Below, piece after piece: positions 13,401 through 20,551 of a DNA stretch of 20,551 nt; position 1 is the stretch's first letter, and each line of letters opens with the position of its first letter. Position numbers and translations under genes: made by a program. Under the pieces are notes generated by a model, which saw only the letters and a list, made by a program, of their open reading frames with translations, made no database searches and was not told the DNA's origin. Origin of the DNA: Selaginella moellendorffii (Eukaryota > Plantae > Lycopodiophyta); contig NW_003314495.1 of NCBI RefSeq assembly GCF_000143415.4, positions 1 through 20,551 of the forward strand, given 5' to 3'.

Positions 13401-14004
13401 AGCCAAAATGGAGGAGTTATAAACCCCAATTAATATATTTAATTGTTTATCCTCACCACTCAACTTCACTAGTAGTTAGGAAAACCCATATTTTATCGTC
13501 CACATGTGAATTAAAACGTGTCGCGACTTGGTCCTCAAGACTTGGTCGAGATTGTCAATGGTTGTGGTCGACAAATAAATCCCTGTCACGATGAGATCCT
13601 CTTATCGTTTCTGGAAGAGATTGTGGTCTCTACAAGAAGCTCTGGCCACATTTCAGGCACGTTTTGTGAAGCATTCAATCAGCACAAGAAAATGTTCAAA
13701 ACTATTGGCACTCCACCTCTTTAGGTTCTTGAGAATGTAAAGGGAAAAGAAGGAAAATAAATAAATAAAAATGTTTGCAAGAAACTTCAAAGAGACTTCC
13801 CAAAATGCTTACTCGAGAGCCAAAACACGAGACGCTTTCGTTAAGCAAATCAGATGGTAGTTGAGGTAAAGCTGTTTGAAAATCAGGCTCAAACGACGCC
13901 TTTTATCTTCTATCTAGGTCTGGTTCATACGCGGCCACGAATTACTCGTGGTCAAGGAAGAACACGTTGTTCTTCAGGTGGCCAATCAATTTTGCCGATG
14001 GTAG

Positions 14005-14015
14005 ATATATTTAAA
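14005..14015 (+). promoter_or_regulatory. Putative TATA box of GH1 copy B
   Basis: ATATATTTAAA about 75 nt upstream of the ATG at 14086. It is not shared with copy A. Confidence 0.4.
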
Positions 14016-14085
14016 GCCCTGTCAGATCCCCCTAGAGATTGAATCTTTTGGGGAGATTCTGGAGTTTGATCTCTCCTTGCTCCCA

Positions 14086-16447
<2,362 letters not shown>

Positions 16448-16541
16448 TAAAGTATCATTGGAACCTTGTAAATAATAACAAGAAATATTCTCAGTTAAAA
16501 CATAAATTTAAAACAAAAAAAAAAATGTCCGCACATAAACA

Positions 16542-16852
16542 TCGACTTTGAGCTTCCTCCTTTACTTATAGCTCGTTACAGGTTCTTGCATTCAATTACG
16601 TTTAGAGACTATCACAATCGATGCGTCTTTACGCCGGGGATCGCTTGCCGGCTTCCACTGTCAAGGAGTCGAGATCTTCGAAACTCCGTGGACATTGTTG
16701 GCCTCAATCACTGCCTAGAAACGCTTTCTATTGGAGGCACGGTAATAATTCTATTGATTCGTCTCAATTTCATATCCTGATCTTTATGTTTTGTTTTAGA
16801 ATATCAACCATGTCAAGCAGAACTAATCCTTCGATTATCACCGTGGAAAGTG
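16542..16852 (+). pseudogene. GH1 relic (copy C), 5' part: end of exon 8 to exon 11, degenerate
   Basis: TCGACTTTGA, CAGGTTCTTGCATTCAATTACG, GGGGATCGCTTGCCGGCTT, GGCCTCAATCACT, GGAGGCACGGTAA and TCAACCATGTCAAG align in order to ~15346-15898 of copy B, with multiple deletions. Confidence 0.85.
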
Positions 16853-16856
16853 ATGG

Positions 16857-17160
16857 ACCACTACATTTTGTGCTAGAGAGAAAGTGCTTCAACCAAAGCG
16901 CTGAATGTTTTCAAGGATGTGTGATCCATGTAATAGAGACCAAATCTTTGGCTATATGCGTTATTCAACTCCCAATTGACTAGCAAAGACCACGCCTAGT
17001 AGCCACGAACATCCGCACTGTTCCTGGGAGTTGAAAAAAACACCTATACTTTAGACAAGAAATATTTTCCATAGAAAAAACTATGGAATCTTATGCGATG
17101 GCTTGTTCGACCCAACGACGTCCATGGAAAATTGGACAGCTGACAAGAATGACAAGCACT
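16857..17160 (-). pseudogene. GH1 relic (copy C), 3' part, inverted: intron 11 to exon 13
   Basis: The reverse complement reads GCTTGTCATTCTTGTCA..GTCCAATTTTCCA..CAAGCCATCGC..GGATGTTCGTGGCTACTA..ATATAGCCAAAGATTTGGTCTCTATTAC..CACAAAATGTAGTGGT. This is colinear with 15900-16313 of B and 2172-2570 of A. Confidence 0.9.
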
Positions 17161-17223
17161 CTTTTTTGGACAAGAAAAAAAAAACACCTTATTAAATGAA
17201 GAAAATCAAAATCATGGTTCGTA

Positions 17224-17296
17224 TGGAGACGCCGGGTATCGATCCCGGTACCTCTCGCATGCAAAGCGAGCGCTCTACCATCTGAGCTACACCCCC
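17224..17296 (-). tRNA. tRNA-Ala(UGC), nuclear type
   Basis: GGGGGTGTAGCTCAGATGGTAGAGCGCTCGCTTTGCATGCGAGAGGTACCGGGATCGATACCCGGCGTCTCCA, 73 nt. Folds as a cloverleaf with anticodon TGC, the G3:U70 Ala identity pair, an AUCG T-loop typical of eukaryotic tRNA-Ala, and discriminator A. There is a CAA just upstream and T-runs downstream. Confidence 0.95.
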
Positions 17297-17380
17297 GACT
17301 TTGAACATTTCCTGGAGCTTTCGTTTTTACTGAGTTTAACGTACAACAAACCACCCGCCCGTTACGGAGTTAGGGCACGT

Positions 17381-17392
17381 TGACACGTGGCA
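17381..17392 (+). promoter_or_regulatory. Extended G-box/ABRE (TGACACGTGGCA)
   Basis: Exact match to the classical plant bZIP-binding G-box. It lies between the divergent tRNA and cyclin genes, with further CACGT cores at 17376 and 17418. Confidence 0.5.
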
Positions 17393-17764
17393 CACTCTCG
17401 TTGCTTTTGAATTGTAGCACGTAAATAACGGCGCAAATCATCTTAGGGCTCCTTTCGGGTAAAAAAAAAATTATATCTTAGGGCTCAGTTCACGCTTAGT
17501 ACAGGGAAGCGCGGCCTCGCTGGAGCGTATCACAGGGAATTCGAGGCGATTTCCAGCTCCGGCAGCGATCGGAGCTCCAGGGCCTGCATTGCGATCGCCA
17601 GCCGCGATTACTTCGCTTTAGGCTCGAATTCTGGCGGATCTGGGATGGAAGGGCCTCTCCAGCGCCGGGATTGCGGCATAGGGCGGCGAGCGGCGGGCTA
17701 TGGCGGCTCGATTGTAGGCTGAGAGGACCTGCATTGCTCGCGGCGCGGCGGGGGTTCTTTGTCT

Positions 17765-18737
17765 ATGGCGAGGGAGTGCCTGCTGCATGGGGGAAACCAT
17801 GGCTCCGATCTCTACAGGCGCCTCGAGCTAAATCACGTCGATTCCCGGAGCTGCGAGAGGCCCCGGATCTTAGCCGTGCTGTCCTCGCTGCTGGATCGAG
17901 TGGTGGTGAAGAACGAGAGGTACGCCGCCAGCGCCACCGCAAACGGCCACTCCAATCTCACCGTCTTCCATGGCTTGCGCGCCCCCAGCATCAGCATTGA
18001 CAAGTATCTGGAGAGGATTTTCAAGTACGCGAACTGTAGCCCCTCGTGCTTCGTCGTCGCCTACGTTTACATCGATCGATTCATCCAGCAAAAGCCCAGC
18101 TTGCCCGTCACCTCGCTCAACGTCCATCGATTGCTCGTCACTAGCGTCATGGTAGCGGCAAAGTTCCTGGACGACGCGTAAGTTCTACTCTCTCTCTCTT
18201 TTCTTTTGCCTCGTTTGGTTTTGGTCCAAAGCTGTTTCATTTGCCTTCCTTTCATGAAGTGGAGTTCTCTTGTGGAATCCAAGTTCTTCCTTGGTGGTGA
18301 TTTCGGTCATAAGAGCTTGTCGCTTCTTTCATTTCGTTTAGTTTTGCTTTTGTTTCCTTCATGGCTTGGAAGCGCTTGTTCTTGGTCTTTCCATGTCCGA
18401 AAGGTTTTTGGTTTCGTGACTTTGTAACCATGGTTGCGTTTGCAGATACTACAACAACGCCTACTACGCCAAAGTCGGGGGCGTCAACACGCAAGAGATG
18501 AACCGGCTGGAGCTCGAGTTCCTCTTCCACCTCAACTTCCGGCTCCAAGTCACGGTCAGTGTGTTCGAGAGCTACTGCAACCGGCTGGAGAAGGAAGTGA
18601 GCGGCAGCCACATCGAGAGGCCCCTCCACATCCAGATTGGATGTGGCCTGGACGGTGGAGTCACCAGCGCTACTCAATCCAACGCCCCGGACAAGCAAAG
18701 GCTCCCCACTGTGAGATGCAGCATGGCCGGCCTCTAG
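17765..18737 (+). CDS. CYCU: U-type (P-type, PHO80-like) cyclin, 2 exons, 234 aa
   Basis: Exon 1 17765-18177, intron 18178-18445 (GTAAG..TTTGCAG), exon 2 18446-18737. Family motifs: [72 protein letters not shown] and EMNRLELEFLFHLNFRL. Confidence 0.95.
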
Positions 18738-19431
18738 CTCCGACCAAGATCTCGGGACTTTGCTCGGAGCCTCTTCGTAAGCTTTTGGTTTCTCTCGTTT
18801 GGTTTTTTACGCGTGGGCTTTGTGTGTGGATCTTTGCTAGAGTGCTTGCTAGCAACGAGAAGAAGAACGCCCAACAACAAGGCAGCCCCTGCCGCGTCTG
18901 TAGTGTTGTTGGTTTGTATTTGTGTACTACTACTGATTTTTTTTTCCTTTCCATCTCGCTTCATGGCCTTGGAGCTTCTTCTTGTTGGAGTTTTCTTCTC
19001 GCAGACGAGTGAAGCGTTTGTTTGGCCGGGTTTGGCCGAAGCATCTGTGGTAGAGGGTCCCCCAGACGTGAAAGTTTGTTCGATCCATCCATCTCTTTCG
19101 ATCGAGAGTTGAAGTGTTAGAAAAAGCTTTTGGAGAGATGGCGAGCTTTCGACGTCAAGGAATATATATATATAAAAATCTTACAGCGAAAGCCGAACGA
19201 AGCAAAATCGTCATCTTCGCGTCGGCAAAACTTTGGCGTGGATCTCGCAAGAAAAAAAAAAGGATAGAAAACGATCTTGTATCACTATGACGCAATCTAT
19301 TTTCCTTCTGACGCTTGTATCCTGTGAGCAACGCATCCATGAGCCAAAGAGTAAAACCAAAGTCGATATATTACAAACCTTTGATACGTTTCGTCTATCA
19401 CTCTCGCAACTTCGAACAGGGTCTGCATCCC

Positions 19432-19542
19432 NNNNNNNNNNNNNNNNNNNNNNNNNNNNNNNNNNNNNNNNNNNNNNNNNNNNNNNNNNNNNNNNNNNNN
19501 NNNNNNNNNNNNNNNNNNNNNNNNNNNNNNNNNNNNNNNNNN
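19432..19542. other. Assembly gap (N run)
   Basis: Run of N. Confidence 1.
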
Positions 19543-20550
19543 TCCTCGAGTAGCATCCAGCTTCGAGACCACCTTGCTCGGCGTATCCTTGTGTGGACTG
19601 CTAGCGAGAGCTTTTCCTCTAGTCTTGGCAGCGCTTGCATCGTCCACCACCTTGCTCGGCGTAGCGCTAGTGAGAGCTTTTCCTCTAGTCAATGTATCCC
19701 TGTGTGGACCGCTAGTGAAAGCTATTCCTCTGGTCTTGGCAGCGGTTGCCACCTTGCTCGGGCTAGCTTTCACTGGAGCCTTGGGTGGTTTTGCAGCAGT
19801 GGACTTGATAGTCGTATCCTGCACCTCCTTTCTCGGCGTATCCTTGTGTGAAGCGCTAGTTCCTCTAGTCTTGGCAGCGCTTGCATCGTTCACCTCCTTA
19901 CTCGGGCTAGCTGGAGCCTTGGGAGGTATTGCTCTTGTAGCAGCGGACTTGATAGTCGTACCGTGCACCTCCTTGCCTGGAATCCTGAGAGATTTTCCTC
20001 TCGCGTCCACCGCCTTGCTCGAACTATCTTTGGCTGGAGCCTCGAGAGCTTTTCCTGTCGTAACAGCAGCACGCTTGGTAGCAGAATCGTCTCCCGACCT
20101 GTCCCTGCCTGGAGCCTTGAAACACGTAGAAGGACACTTGATAGTCGGAGCTTTTCTACTTGGAGCAGCGTCGGGAGCTTTAGCAGCACTTGGAGCGTCC
20201 ATCGCAGCGTCAGGAGCTTTAGTCATCGTAGGAGCATCCATCGGAGCGTCGGGAGCTTTATCCTTCTCGGCAGCACTTGGAGCGTCCATGGGAGCTTTTC
20301 TCTTCTTAGCAGCGTCCATCGCAGCGTCAGGAGCTTTTCTCTTCGTAGGAGCAATTGGAGCGCCCATCGGAGCGTCGGGAGCCTTATCCTTCTCGACAGC
20401 ACTTGGAGCGTCCATCGGAGCGTAGGGAACCTTTCTCTTCTTCGCGGCACGCTGGATTGTATCGTCCACCACCTTGCTATCCTTGTCTGAAGCTCTGTGA
20501 TATTTTCTCTTCTTAGCAGTGGTTGTGCCATCCTCCACCACCTTGCTCGT
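19543..20550 (-). CDS. Partial ORF encoding a basic Lys/Ala/Pro/Thr-rich repetitive protein of unknown function
   Basis: About 1 kb without a stop, open at the window end (TSKVVEDG...) and running into the N gap. It is built from in-frame repeat units: KAPDA(P/A)MDAPS, DASAAKTRG, KEV..TTIKS and KDTP.K. Confidence 0.55.
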
Positions 20551-20551
20551 T

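Noticed and set aside
13518-14042. Short ORFs upstream of GH1 copy B
   Set aside because: No recognisable motif or splice structure. Treated as intergenic/promoter sequence.
18434-19112. Overlapping 192-aa and 99-aa ORFs after the cyclin intron
   Set aside because: These are alternative frames of GC-rich cyclin exon 2 and its 3' UTR, with no recognisable motifs.
19297-19431. C-terminal part of the 414-aa ORF beyond the N gap
   Set aside because: The frame across an N gap is meaningless and the composition changes.
19574-20425. 283-aa hydrophobic + strand ORF resembling a membrane protein
   Set aside because: It is the antisense shadow of the Lys/Ala/Pro-rich repeat ORF. Openness and hydrophobicity follow from the complementary codons.

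Overview
Eukaryotic land-plant genomic DNA. The very short GT-AG introns (48-79 nt in the GH1 gene) and the gene content suggest a compact genome such as the lycophyte Selaginella; this is inference, not verified. From left to right the window holds: (1) a frameshifted GH1 beta-glucosidase copy A (442-2633); (2) a decayed Ty3/gypsy LTR retrotransposon (2763-~7142); (3) two tandem AT-rich MITE-like units with 13-bp TIRs (7650-8255); (4) a deletion-riddled RPA70/RPA1 pseudogene (~8279-9065) that the ORF track does not reveal; (5) a decayed minus-strand LINE (~9110-13400) whose RT core contains a ~320-bp internal inversion; (6) an intact 14-exon secreted GH1 beta-glucosidase copy B (14086-16376); (7) a third GH1 relic whose 3' half is inverted, forming a long inverted repeat with the 3' end of copy B; (8) tRNA-Ala(UGC) on the minus strand, divergent from (9) a U/P-type (PHO80-like) cyclin gene; and (10) a partial, internally repetitive Lys/Ala/Pro-rich ORF with many NLS-like and S/T-P-x-K motifs. 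There are two N gaps. I see no prokaryote-style novel system. The best candidate for new biology is the GH1 gene plus its own inverted relic, a possible hairpin/small-RNA source. Next is a ~45-bp inverted repeat pair bracketing the ~13-kb pseudogene/TE block. All alignments were done by eye.
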